Below the pieces are notes generated by a model. It searched no databases and was not told the origin of the DNA. It was given only the letters and a program-made list of their open reading frames with translations. DNA of 64,000 nucleotides from the human T2T-CHM13v2.0 reference genome, Homo sapiens: the NCBI RefSeq assembly GCF_009914755.1, contig NC_060936.1. The stretch is one strand, 5' to 3'. Both the position numbers and the translations under genes were made by a program. Positions 27,401 to 41,300 of this stretch are shown piece by piece. The stretch's first letter is position 1; each line of letters starts with the position of its first letter.

Positions 27401-30400
27401 AAAGAAAGGTTAAACTCCTTGAGTTGAACACACACATCACAAAGTAGTTTCTGTGAATGATTCTGTCTAGTTTTTATACGAAGATGTTTCCTTTTCTACC
27501 TTTGGTCTCAAAGCGATTGAAATCTCCACATGGAAACTCCACCAAAAGAGTGTTTCAAATCTGCTCTTTCTGAAGGAAGGTTCAACTCTGTGAGTTGAAT
27601 ACAGACACCACGAATAAGTTACTGAGAATTCTTCTGTGTAACATTATATGAGGAAATCCCGTTTCCAACGAAGGCCTCAAAGAGGTCCAAATATCTACTT
27701 GCAGACTTTACAAAGACAGTGTCTCCAAACTCCTCCATCAAAAGAAAGGTTATACTCTGTGAATTGAACGCACACATCACAAAGTAGTTTCTGAGAATGA
27801 TTCTGTCTAGTTTTTATACGAAGATATTTCCTTTTCTACATTTGGCCTAAAAGCGCTTGAAATCTCCACCTGCAAATATCACAAAAAGAGGGTTTCACAT
27901 CTGCTCTGTCTAAAGGACAGTTCACCTCTGTGAGTTGAATAGAGGCAACACAAAGAACTTACTCAGTATTCTTCTTTCTAGCGTTCTATGAAGAAATCCC
28001 GTTTTCAACGAAGGCCTCAAAGAGGTCAAATATCTGCTTGCAGACTTTACAGACAGAGTGTTTCCAAACTACTCTATGAAAAGAAAGCTTAAACTCCTTG
28101 AGTTGAACGCACACATCACAAAGTAGTTTCTGAGAATGATTCTGTCTAGTTTTTATACGAAGATGTTTCCTTTTCTACATTTGGTCTCAAAGCGATTGAA
28201 ATCTCCAACTGGAAACTGCACAAATAGGCTGTTTCAAATCTGCTCTGTCTAAAGGAAGGTTCAGCTCTGTGTGTTGAATACACACACCACAAATAAGTTA
28301 CTGAGAATTCTTCTGTCGAACATTACAGGAAGAAATCCCGTTTCCAACGAAGGCCTCAAAGAGGTCCAAATATCCACTTGCGGACATTACAAACAGTGTG
28401 TTTCCCAACTGCTCCATCAAAAGAAAGGTTAAACTCTGTGAGCTGAACACACACATCAAAAAGAAGTTTCTGTGAATGATTCTGTCTAGATTTTATAAGA
28501 AGATGTTTCCTTTTCTACCGTAGGCCTCAAAGCGCTTGAAATCTCCAGCTGCAAATTCCACAAAAAGGGTGTTTAACATCTGCTCTTCTAAAGGAAAGTT
28601 CAACTCTATGAGTTGAATACACACAGCACAAAGAAGTTACTGAGACTTCTCCTATCAAACATTATATGAAGAAATCCCGTTTCCAACGAAGGCCTCAAAG
28701 AGGTCCAAATGTCTGCTTGCAGACTTTACAGACAGAGTGTTTCCAAACTGCTCCATCAAAAGAAAGGTTAAACTCCTTGAGTTGAACACACACATCACAA
28801 AGTAGTTTCTGTGAATGATTCTGTCTAGTTTTTATACGAAGATGTTTCCTTTTCTACCTTTGGTCTCAAAGCGATTGAAATCTCCACATGGAAACTCCAC
28901 AAAAAGAGTGTTTCAAATCTGCTCTTTCTGAAGGAAGGTTCAACTCTGTGAGTTGAATACACACACCACAAATAAGTTACTGAGAATTCTTCTGTGTAAC
29001 ATTATATGAGGAAATCCCGTTTCCAACGAAGGCCTCAAAGAGGTCCAAATATCCACTTGCAGACTTTACAAAGACAGTGTCTCCAAACTCCTCCATCAAA
29101 AGAAAGGTTATACTCTGTGAATTGAACGCACACATCACAAAGTAGTTTCTGAGAATGATTCTGTCTAGTTTTTATACGAAGATATTTCCTTTTCTACATT
29201 TGGCCTAAAAGCGCTTGAAATCTCCACCTGCAAATATCACAAAAAGAGGGTTTCACATCTGCTCTGTCTAAAGGACAGTTCACCTCTGTGAGTTGAATAG
29301 AGGCAACACAAAGAACTTACTCAGTATTCTTCTTTCTAGCGTTCTATGAAGAAATCCCGTTTCCAACGAAGGCCTCAAAGAGGTCAAATATCTGCTTGCA
29401 GACTTTACAGACAGAGTGTTTCCAAACTACTCTATGAAAAGAAAGCTTAAACTCCTTGAGTTGAACGCACACATCACAAAGTAGTTTCTGAGAATGATTC
29501 TGTCTAGTTTTTATACGAAGATGTTTCCTTTTCTACATTTGGTCTCAAAGCTCTTGAAATCTCCAACTGGAAACTGCACAAATAGGCTGTTTCAAATCTG
29601 CTCTGTCTAAAGGAAGGTTCAACTCTGTGAGTTGAATACACACACCACAAATAAGTTACTGAGAATTCTTCTGTCGAACATTACTTGAAGAAATCCCGTT
29701 TCCAACGAAGGCCTCAAAGAGGTCCAAATATCCACTTGCAGACGTTACAAACAGAGTGTTTCCAAACTGCTCCATCAAAAGAAAGGTTAAACTCTGTGAG
29801 CTGAACACACACATCAAAAAGAAGTTTCTGTGAATGATTCTGTCTAGATTTTATAAGAAGATGTTTCCTTTTCTACCGTAGGCCTCAAAGCGCTTGAAAT
29901 CTCCAGCTGCAAATTCCACAAAAAGGGTGTTTAACATCTGCTCTTCTAAAGGAAAGTTCAACTCTATGAGTTGAATACACACAGCACAAAGAAGTTACTG
30001 AGACTTCTCCTATCAAACATTATATGAAGAAATCCCGTTTCCAACGAGGCCCTCAAAGAGGTCCAAATATCTGCTTGCAGACTTTACAGACAGAGTGTTT
30101 CCAAACTGCTCCATCAAAAGAAAGGTTAAACTCGTTGAGTTGAACACACACATCACAAAGTAGTTTCTGTGAATGATTCTGTCTAGTTTTTATACGAAGA
30201 TGTTTCCTTTTCTACCTTTGGTCTCAAAGCGATTGAAATCTCCACATGGAAACTCCACAAAAAGAGTGTTTCAAATCTGCTCTTTCTGAAGGAAGGTTCA
30301 ACTCTGTGAGTTGAATACACACACCACAAATAAGTTACTGAGAATTCTTCTGTGTAACATTATATGAGGAAATCCCGTTTCCAACGAAGGCCTCAAAGAG

Positions 30401-31247
30401 GTCCAAATATCCACTTGCAGACTTTACAAAGACAGTGTCTCCAAACTCCTCCATCAAAAGAAAGGTTATACTCTGTGAATTGAACGCACACATCACAAAG
30501 TAGTTTCTGAGAATGATTCTGTCTAGTTTTTATACGAAGATATTTCCTTTTCTACATTTGGCCTAAAAGCGCTTGAAATCTCCACCTGCAAATATCACAA
30601 AAAGAGGGTTTCACATCTGCTCTGTCTAAAGGACAGTTCACCTCTGTGAGTTGAATAGAGGCAACACAAAGAACTTACTCAGTATTCTTCTTTCTAGCGT
30701 TCTATGAAGAAATCCCGTTTCCAACGAAGGCCTCAAAGAGGTCAAATATCTGCTTGCAGACTTTACAGACAGAGTGTTTCCAAACTACTCTATGAAAAGA
30801 AAGCTTAAACTCCTTGAGTTGAACGCACACATCACAAAGTAGTTTCTGAGAATGATTCTGTCTAGTTTTTATACGAAGATGTTTCCTTTTCTACATTTGG
30901 TCTCAAAGCTCTTGAAATCTCCAACTGGAAACTGCACAAATAGGCTGTTTCAAATCTGCTCTGTCTAAAGGAAGGTTCAACTCTGTGAGTTGAATACACA
31001 CACCACAAATAAGTTACTGAGAATTCTTCTGTCGAACATTACTTGAAGAAATCCCGTTTCCAACGAAGGCCTCAAAGAGGTCCAAATATCCACTTGCAGA
31101 CGTTACAAACAGAGTGTTTCCAAACTGCTCCATCAAAAGAAAGGTTAAACTCTGTGAGCTGAACACACACATCAAAAAGAAGTTTCTGTGAATGATTCTG
31201 TCTAGATTTTATAAGAAGATGTTTCCTTTTCTACCGTAGGCCTCAAA
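24458..31247 (-). repeat. Five 8-mer HOR copies (1358 bp)
   Basis: Starts at 24458, 25816, 27174, 28532, 29890. Confidence 0.92.
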
Positions 31248-34200
31248 GCGCTTGAAATCTCCAGCTGCAAATTCCACAAAAAGGGTGTTTAACATCTGCT
31301 CTTCTAAAGGAAAGTTCAACTCTATGAGTTGAATACACACAGCACAAAGAAGTTACTGAGACTTCTCCTATCAAACATTATATGAAGAAATCCCGTTTCC
31401 AACGAGGCCCTCAAAGAGGTCCAAATATCTGCTTGCAGACTTTACAGACAGAGTGTTTCCAAACTGCTCCATCAAAAGAAAGGTTAAACTCGTTGAGTTG
31501 AACACACACATCACAAAGTAGTTTCTGTGAATGATTCTGTCTAGTTTTTATACGAAGATGTTTCCTTTTCTACCTTTGGTCTCAAAGCGATTGAAATCTC
31601 CACATGGAAACTCCACAAAAAGAGTGTTTCAAATCTGCTCTTTCTGAAGGAAGGTTCAACTCTGTGAGTTGAATACACACACCACAAATAAGTTACTGAG
31701 AATTCTTCTGTGTAACATTATATGAGGAAATCCCGTTTCCAACGAAGGCCTCAAAGAGGTCCAAATATCCACTTGCAGACTTTACAAAGACAGTGTCTCC
31801 AAACTCCTCCATCAAAAGAAAGGTTATACTCTGTGAATTGAACGCACACATCACAAAGTAGTTTCTGAGAATGATTCTGTCTAGTTTTTATACGAAGGTA
31901 TTTCCTTTTCTACATTTGGCCTAAAAGCGCTTGAAATCTCCACCTGCAAATATCACAAAAAGAGGGTTTCACATCTGCTCTGTCTAAAGGACAGTTCACC
32001 TCTGTGAGTTGAATAGAGGCAACACAAAGAACTTACTCAGTATTCTTCTTTCTAGCATTCTATGAAGAAATCCCGTTTCCAACGAAGGCCTCAAAGAGGT
32101 CCAAATATCTGCTTGCAGACTTTACAGACAGAGTTTTTCCAAACTGCTCCATCAAAAGAAAGGTTAAACTCCTTGAGTTGAACACACACATCACAAAGTA
32201 GTTTCTGTGAATGATTCTGTCTAGTTTTTATACGAAGATGTTTCCTTTTCTACCTTTGGTCTCAAAGCGATTGAAATCTCCACATGGAAACTCCACAAAA
32301 AGAGTGTTTCAAATCTGCTCTTTCTGAAGGAAGGTTCAACTCTGTGAGTTGAATACACACACCACAAATAAGTTACTGAGAATTCTTCTGTGTAACATTA
32401 TATGAGGAAATCCCGTTTCCAACGAAGGCCTCAAAGAGGTCCAAATATCCACTTGCAGACTTTACAAAGACAGTGTCTCCAAACTCCTCCATCAAAAGAA
32501 AGGTTATACTCTGTGAATTGAACGCACACATCACAAAGTAGTTTCTGAGAATGATTCTGTCTAGTTTTTATACGAAGATATTTCCTTTTCTACATTTGGC
32601 CTAAAAGCGCTTGAAATCTCCACCTGCAAATATCACAAAAAGAGGGTTTCACATCTGCTCTGTCTAAAGGACAGTTCACCTCTGTGAGTTGAATAGAGGC
32701 AACACAAAGAACTTACTCAGTATTCTTCTTTCTAGCGTTCTATGAAGAAATCCCGTTTCCAACGAAGGCCTCAAAGAGGTCAAATATCTGCTTGCAGACT
32801 TTACAGACAGAGTGTTTCCAAACTACTCTATGAAAAGAAAGCTTAAACTCCTTGAGTTGAACGCACACATCACAAAGTAGTTTCTGAGAATGATTCTGTC
32901 TAGTTTTTATACGAAGATGTTTCCTTTTCTACATTTGGTCTCAAAGCGATTGAAATCTCCAACTGGAAACTGCACAAATAGGCTGTTTCAAATCTGCTCT
33001 GTCTAAAGGAAGGTTCAGCTCTGTGAGTTGAATACACACACCACAAATAAGTTACTGAGAATTCTTCTGTCGAACATTACAGGAAGAAATCCCGTTTCCA
33101 ACGAAGGCCTCAAAGAGGTTCAAATATCCACTTGCAGACATTACAAACAGTGTGTTTCCCAACTGCTCCATCAAAAGAAAGGTTAAACTCTGTGAGCTGA
33201 ACACACACATCAAAAAGAAGTTTCTGTGAATGATTCTGTCTAGATTTTATAAGAAGATGTTTCCTTTTCTACCGTAGGCCTCAAAGCGCTTGAAATCTCC
33301 AGCTGCAAATTCCACAAAAAGGGTGTTTAACATCTGCTCTTCTAAAGGAAAGTTCAACTCTATGAGTTGAATACACACAGCACAAAGAAGTTACTGAGAC
33401 TTCTCCTATCAAACATTATATGAAGAAATCCCGTTTCCAACGAAGGCCTCAAAGAGGTCCAAATATCTGCTTGCAGACTTTACAGACAGAGTGTTTCCAA
33501 ACTGCTCCATCAAAAGAAAGGTTAAACTCCTTGAGTTGAACACACACATCACAAAGTAGTTTCTGTGAATGATTCTGTCTAGTTTTTATACGAAGATGTT
33601 TCCTTTTCTACCTTTGGTCTCAAAGCGATTGAAATCTCCACATGGAAACTCCACAAAAAGAGTGTTTCAAATCTGCTCTTTCTGAAGGAAGGTTCAACTC
33701 TGTGAGTTGAATACACACACCACAAATAAGTTACTGAGAATTCTTCTGTGTAACATTATATGAGGAAATCCCGTTTCCAACGAAGGCCTCAAAGAGGTCC
33801 AAATATCCACTTGCAGACTTTACAAAGACAGTGTCTCCAAACTCCTCCATCAAAAGAAAGGTTATACTCTGTGAATTGAACGCACACATCACAAAGTAGT
33901 TTCTGAGAATGATTCTGTCTAGTTTTTATACGAAGATATTTCCTTTTCTACATTTGGCCTAAAAGCGCTTGAAATCTCCACCTGCAAATATCACAAAAAG
34001 AGGGTTTCACATCTGCTCTGTCTAAAGGACAGTTCACCTCTGTGAGTTGAATAGAGGCAACACAAAGAACTTACTCAGTATTCTTCTTTCTAGCATTCTA
34101 TGAGGAAATCCCGTTTCCAACGAAGGCCCCAAAGAGGTCCAAATATCTGCTTGCAGACTTTACAGACAGAGTTTTTCCAAACTGCTCCATCAAAAGAAAG

Positions 34201-35323
34201 GTTAAACTCCTTGAGTTGAACACACACATCACAAAGTAGTTTCTGTGAATGATTCTGTCTAGTTTTTATAAGAAGATGTTTCCTTTTCTACCTTTGGTCT
34301 CAAAGCGATTGAAATCTCCACATGGAAACTCCTCAAAAAGAGTGTTTCAAATCTGCTCTTTCTGAAGGAAAGTTCAACTCTGTGAGTTGAATACACACAC
34401 CACAAATAAGTTACTGAGAATTCTTCTGTGTAACATTATATGAGGAAATCCCGTTTCCATCGAAGGCCTCAAAGAGGTCCAAATATCCACTTGCAGACTT
34501 TACAAAGACAGTGTCTCCAAACTCCTCCATCAAAAGAAAGGTTATACTCTGTGAATTGAACGCACACATCACAAAGTAGTTTCTGAGAATGATTCTGTCT
34601 AGTTTTTATACGAAGATATTTCCTTTTCTACATTTGGCCTAAAAGCGCTTGAAATCTCCACCTGCAAATATCACAAAAAGAGGGTTTCACATCTGCTCTG
34701 TCTAAAGGACAGTTCACCTCTGTGAGTTGAATAGAGGCAACACAAAGAACTTACTCAGTATTCTTCTTTCTAGCATTCTATGAAGAAATCCCGTTTCCAA
34801 CGAAGGCCTCAAAGAGGTCAAATATCTTCTTGCAGACTTTACAGACAGAGTGTTTCCAAACTACTCTATGAAAAGAAAGCTTAAACTCCTTGAGTTGAAC
34901 GCACACATCACAAAGTAGTTTCTGAGAATGATTCTGTCTAGTTTTTATACGAAGATGTTTCCTTTTCTACATTTGGTCTGAAAGCGATTGAAATCTCCAA
35001 CTGGAAACTGCACAAATAGGCTGTTTCAAATCTGCTCTGTCTAAAGGAAGGTTCAGCTCTGTGAGTTGAATACACACACCACAAATAAGTTACTGAGAAT
35101 TCTTCTGTCGAACATTACAGGAAGAAATCCCGTTTCCAATGAAGGCCTCAAAGAGGTCCAAATATCCACTTGCGGACATTACAAACAGTGTGTTTCCCAA
35201 CTGCTCCATCAAAAGAAAGGTTAAACTCTGTGAGCTGAACACACACATCAAAAAGAAGTTTCTGTGAATGATTCTGTCTACATTTTATAAGAAGATGTTT
35301 CCTTTTCTACCGTAGGCCTCAAA
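31248..35323 (-). repeat. Two 12-mer HOR variants
   Basis: Starts at 31248 and 33286; spacing 2038 bp. Confidence 0.92.
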
Positions 35324-38300
35324 GCGCTTGAAATCTCCAGCTGCAAATTCCACAAAAAGGGTGTTTAACATCTGCTCTTCTAAAGGAAAGTTCAACTCTA
35401 TGAGTTGAATACACACAGCACAAAGAAGTTACTGAGACTTCTCCTATCAAACATTATATGAAGAAATCCCGTTTCCAACGAAGGCCTCAAAGAGGTCCAA
35501 ATATCTGCTTGCAGACTTTACAGACAGAGTGTTTCCAAACTGCTCCATCAAAAGAAAGGTGAAACTCCTTGAGTTGAACACACACATCACAAAGTAGTTT
35601 CTGTGAATGATTCTGTCTAGTTTTTATACGAAGATGTTTCCTTTTCTACCTTTGGTCTCAAAGCGATTGAAATCTCCACATGGAAACTCCACAAAAAGAG
35701 TGTTTCAAATCTGCTCTTTCTGAAGGAAGGTTCAACTCTGTGAGTTGAATACACACACCACAAATAAGTTACTGAGAATTCTTCTGTGTAACATTATATG
35801 AGGAAATCCCGTTTCCAACGAAGGCCTCAAAGAGGTCCAAATATCCACTTGCAGACTTTACAAAGACAGTGTCTCCAAACTCCTCCATCAAAAGAAAGGT
35901 TATACTCTGTGAATTGAACGCACACATCACAAAGTAGTTTCTGAGAATGATTCTGTCTAGTTTTTATACGAAGATATTTCCTTTTCTACATTTGGCCTAA
36001 AAGCGCTTGAAATCTCCACCTGCAAATATCACAAAAAGAGGGTTTCACATCTGCTCTGTCTAAAGGACAGTTCACCTCTGTGAGTTGAATAGAGGCAACA
36101 CAAAGAACTTACTCAGTATTCTTCTTTCTAGCGTTCTATGAAGAAATCCCGTTTCCAACGAAGGCCTCAAAGAGGTCAAATATCTGCTTGCAGACTTTAC
36201 AGACAGAGTGTTTCCAAACTACTCTATGAAAAGAAAGCTTAAACTCCTTGAGTTGAACGCACACATCACAAAGTAGTTTCTGAGAATGATTCTGTCTAGT
36301 TTTTATACGAAGATGTTTCCTTTTCTACATTTGGTCTCAAAGCGATTGAAATCTCCAACTGGAAACTGCACAAATAGGGTGTTTCAAATCTGCTCTGTCT
36401 AAAGGAAGGTTCAACTCTGTGAGTTGAATACACACACCACAAATAAGTTACTGAGAATTCTTCTGTCGAACATTACTTGAAGAAATCCCGTTTCCAACGA
36501 AGGCCTCAAAGAGGTCCAAATATCCACTTGCAGACGTTACAAACAGAGTGTTTCCAAACTGCTCCATCAAAAGAAAGGTTAAACTCTGTGAGCTGAACAC
36601 ACACATCAAAAAGAAGTTTCTGTGAATGATTCTGTCTAGATTTTATAAGAAGATGTTTCCTTTTCTACCGTAGGCCTCAAAGCGCTTGAAATCTCCAGCT
36701 GCAAATTCCACAAAAAGGGTGTTTAACATCTGCTCTTCTAAAGGAAAGTTCAACTCTATGAGTTGAATACACACAGCACAAAGAAGTTACTGAGAATTCT
36801 CCTATCAAACATTATATGAAGAAATCCCGTTTTCAACGAAGGCCTCAAAGAGGTCCAAATATCTGCTTGCAGACTTTACAGACAGAGTGTTTCCAAACTG
36901 CTCCATCAAAAGAAAGGTTAAACTCCTTGAGTTGAACACACACATCACAAAGTAGTTTCTGTGAATGATTCTGTCTAGTTTTTATACGAAGATGTTTCCT
37001 TTTCTACCTTTGGTCTCAAAGCGATTGAAATCTCCACATGGAAACTCCACCAAAAGAGTGTTTCAAATCTGCTCTTTCTGAAGGAAGGTTCAACTCTGTG
37101 AGTTGAATACAGACACCACGAATAAGTTACTGAGAATTCTTCTGTGTAACATTATATGAGGAAATCCCGTTTCCAACGAAGGCCTCAAAGAGGTCCAAAT
37201 ATCTACTTGCAGACTTTACAAAGACAGTGTCTCCAAACTCCTCCATCAAAAGAAAGGTTATACTCTGTGAATTGAACGCACACATCACAAAGTAGTTTCT
37301 GAGAATGATTCTGTCTAGTTTTTATACGAAGATATTTCCTTTTCTACATTTGGCCTAAAAGCGCTTGAAATCTCCACCTGCAAATATCACAAAAAGAGGG
37401 TTTCACATCTGCTCTGTCTAAAGGACAGTTCACCTCTGTGAGTTGAATAGAGGCAACACAAAGAACTTACTCAGTATTCTTCTTTCTAGCGTTCTATGAA
37501 GAAATCCCGTTTCCAACGAAGGCCTCAAAGAGGTCAAATATCTGCTTGCAGACTTTACAGACAGAGTGTTTCCAAACTACTCTATGAAAAGAAAGCTTAA
37601 ACTCCTTGAGTTGAACGCACACATCACAAAGTAGTTTCTGAGAATGATTCTGTCTAGTTTTTATACGAAGATGTTTCCTTTTCTACATTTGGTCTCAAAG
37701 CGATTGAAATCTCCAACTGGAAACTGCACAAATAGGCTGTTTCAAATCTGCTCTGTCTAAAGGAAGGTTCAGCTCTGTGTGTTGAATACACACACCACAA
37801 ATAAGTTACTGAGAATTCTTCTGTCGAACATTACAGGAAGAAATCCCGTTTCCAACGAAGGCCTCAAAGAGGTCCAAATATCCACTTGCGGACATTACAA
37901 ACAGTGTGTTTCCCAACTGCTCCATCAAAAGAAAGGTTAAACTCTGTGAGCTGAACACACACATCAAAAAGAAGTTTCTGTGAATGATTCTGTCTAGATT
38001 TTATAAGAAGATGTTTCCTTTTCTACCGTAGGCCTCAAAGCGCTTGAAATCTCCAGCTGCAAATTCCACAAAAAGGGTGTTTAACATCTGCTCTTCTAAA
38101 GGAAAGTTCAACTCTATGAGTTGAATACACACAGCACAAAGAAGTTACTGAGACTTCTCCTATCAAACATTATATGAAGAAATCCCGTTTCCAACGAAGG
38201 CCTCAAAGAGGTCCAAATGTCTGCTTGCAGACTTTACAAACAGAGTGTTTCCAAACTGCTCCATCAAAAGAAAGGTTAAACTCCTTGAGTTGAACACACA

Positions 38301-41300
38301 CATCACAAAGTAGTTTCTGTGAATGATTCTGTCTAGTTTTTATACGAAGATGTTTCCTTTTCTACCTTTGGTCTCAAAGCGATTGAAATCTCCACATGGA
38401 AACTCCACAAAAAGAGTGTTTCAAATCTGCTCTTTCTGAAGGAAGGTTCAACTCTGTGAGTTGAATACACACACCACAAATAAGTTACTGAGAATTCTTC
38501 TGTGTAACATTATATGAGGAAATCCCGTTTCCAACGAAGGCCTCAAAGAGGTCCAAATATCCACTTGCAGACTTTACAAAGACAGTGTCTCCAAACTCCT
38601 CCATCAAAAGAAAGGTTATACTCTGTGAATTGAACGCACACATCACAAAGTAGTTTCTGAGAATGATTCTGTCTAGTTTTTATACGAAGATATTTCCTTT
38701 TCTACATTTGGCCTAAAAGCGCTTGAAATCTCCACCTGGAAATATCACAAAAAGAGGGTTTCACATCTGCTCTGTCTAAAGGACAGTTCACCTCTGTGAG
38801 TTGAATAGAGGCAACACAAAGAACTTACTCAGTATTCTTCTTTCTAGCGTTCTATGAAGAAATCCCGTTTCCAACGAAGGCCTCAAAGAGGTCAAATATC
38901 TGCTTGCAGACTTTACAGACAGAGTGTTTCCAAACTACTCTATGAAAAGAAAGCTTAAACTCCTTGAGTTGAACGCACACATCACAAAGTAGTTTCTGAG
39001 AATGATTCTGTCTAGTTTTTATACGAAGATGTTTCCTTTTCTACATTTGGTCTCAAAGCTCTTGAAATCTCCAACTGGAAACTGCACAAATAGGCTGTTT
39101 CAAATCTGCTCTGTCTAAAGGAAGGTTCAACTCTGTGAGTTGAATACACACACCACAAATAAGTTACTGAGAATTCTTCTGTCGAACATTACTTGAAGAA
39201 ATCCCGTTTCCAACGAAGGCCTCAAAGAGGTCCAAATATCCACTTGCAGACGTTACAAACAGAGTGTTTCCAAACTGCTCCATCAAAAGAAAGGTTAAAC
39301 TCTGTGAGCTGAACACACACATCAAAAAGAAGTTTCTGTGAATGATTCTGTCTAGATTTTATAAGAAGATGTTTCCTTTTCTACCGTAGGCCTCAAAGCG
39401 CTTGAAATCTCCAGCTGCAAATTCCACAAAAAGGGTGTTTAACATCTGCTCTTCTAAAGGAAAGTTCAACTCTATGAGTTGAATACACACAGCACAAAGA
39501 AGTTACTGAGACTTCTCCTATCAAACATTATATGAAGAAATCCCGTTTCCAACGAAGGCCTCAAAGAGGTCCAAATATCTGCTTGCAGACTTTACAGACA
39601 GAGTGTTTCCAAACTGCTCCATCAAAAGAAAGGTTAAACTCCTTGAGTTGAACACACACATCACAAAGTAGTTTCTGTGAATGATTCTGTCTAGTTTTTA
39701 TACGAAGATGTTTCCTTTTCTACCTTTGGTCTCAAAGCGATTGAAATCTCCACATGGAAACTCCACAAAAAGAGTGTTTCAAATCTGCTCTTTCTGAAGG
39801 AAGGTTCAACTCTGTGAGTTGAATACACACACCACAAATAAGTTACTGAGAATTCTTCTGTGTAACATTATATGAGGAAATCCCGTTTCCAACGAAGGCC
39901 TCAAAGAGGTCCAAATATCCACTTGCAGACTTTACAAAGACAGTGTCTCCAAACTCCTCCATCAAAAGAAAGGTTATACTCTGTGAATTGAACGCACACA
40001 TCACAAAGTAGTTTCTGAGAATGATTCTGTCTAGTTTTTATACGAAGATATTTCCTTTTCTACATTTGGCCTAAAAGCGCTTGAAATCTCCACCTGCAAA
40101 TATCACAAAAAGAGGGTTTCACATCTGCTCTGTCTAAAGGACAGTTCACCTCTGTGAGTTGAATAGAGGCAACACAAAGAACTTACTCAGTATTCTTCTT
40201 TCTAGCGTTCTATGAAGAAATCCCGTTTCCAACGAAGGCCTCAAAGAGGTCAAATATCTGCTTGCAGACTTTACAGACAGAGTGTTTCCAAACTACTCTA
40301 TGAAAAGAAAGCTTAAACTCCTTGAGTTGAACGCACACATCACAAAGTAGTTTCTGAGAATGATTCTGTCTAGTTTTTATACGAAGATGTTTCCTTTTCT
40401 ACATTTGGTCTCAAAGCTCTTGAAATCTCCAACTGGAAACTGCACAAATAGGCTGTTTCAAATCTGCTCTGTCTAAAGGAAGGTTCAACTCTGTGAGTTG
40501 AATACACACACCACAAATAAGTTACTGAGAATTCTTCTGTCGAACATTACTTGAAGAAATCCCGTTTCCAACGAAGGCCTCAAAGAGGTCCAAATATCCA
40601 CTTGCAGACGTTACAAACAGAGTGTTTCCAAACTGCTCCATCAAAAGAAAGGTTAAACTCTGTGAGCTGAACACACACATCAAAAAGAAGTTTCTGTGAA
40701 TGATTCTGTCTAGATTTTATAAGAAGATGTTTCCTTTTCTACCGTAGGCCTCAAAGCGCTTGAAATCTCCAGCTGCAAATTCCACAAAAAGGGTGTTTAA
40801 CATCTGCTCTTCTAAAGGAAAGTTCAACTCTATGAGTTGAATACACACAGCACAAAGAAGTTACTGAGACTTCTCCTATCAAACATTATATGAAGAAATC
40901 CCGTTTCCAACGAAGGCCTCAAAGAGGTCCAAATATCTGCTTGCAGACTTTACAGACAGAGTGTTTCCAAACTGCTCCATCAAAAGAAAGGTTAAACTCC
41001 TTGAGTTGAACACACACATCACAAAGTAGTTTCTGTGAATGATTCTGTCTAGTTTTTATACGAAGATGTTTCCTTTTCTACCTTTGGTCTCAAAGCGATT
41101 GAAATCTCCACATGGAAACTCCACAAAAAGAGTGTTTCAAATCTGCTCTTTCTGAAGGAAGGTTCAACTCTGTGAGTTGAATACACACACCACAAATAAG
41201 TTACTGAGAATTCTTCTGTGTAACATTATATGAGGAAATCCCGTTTCCAACGAAGGCCTCAAAGAGGTCCAAATATCCACTTGCAGACTTTACAAAGACA

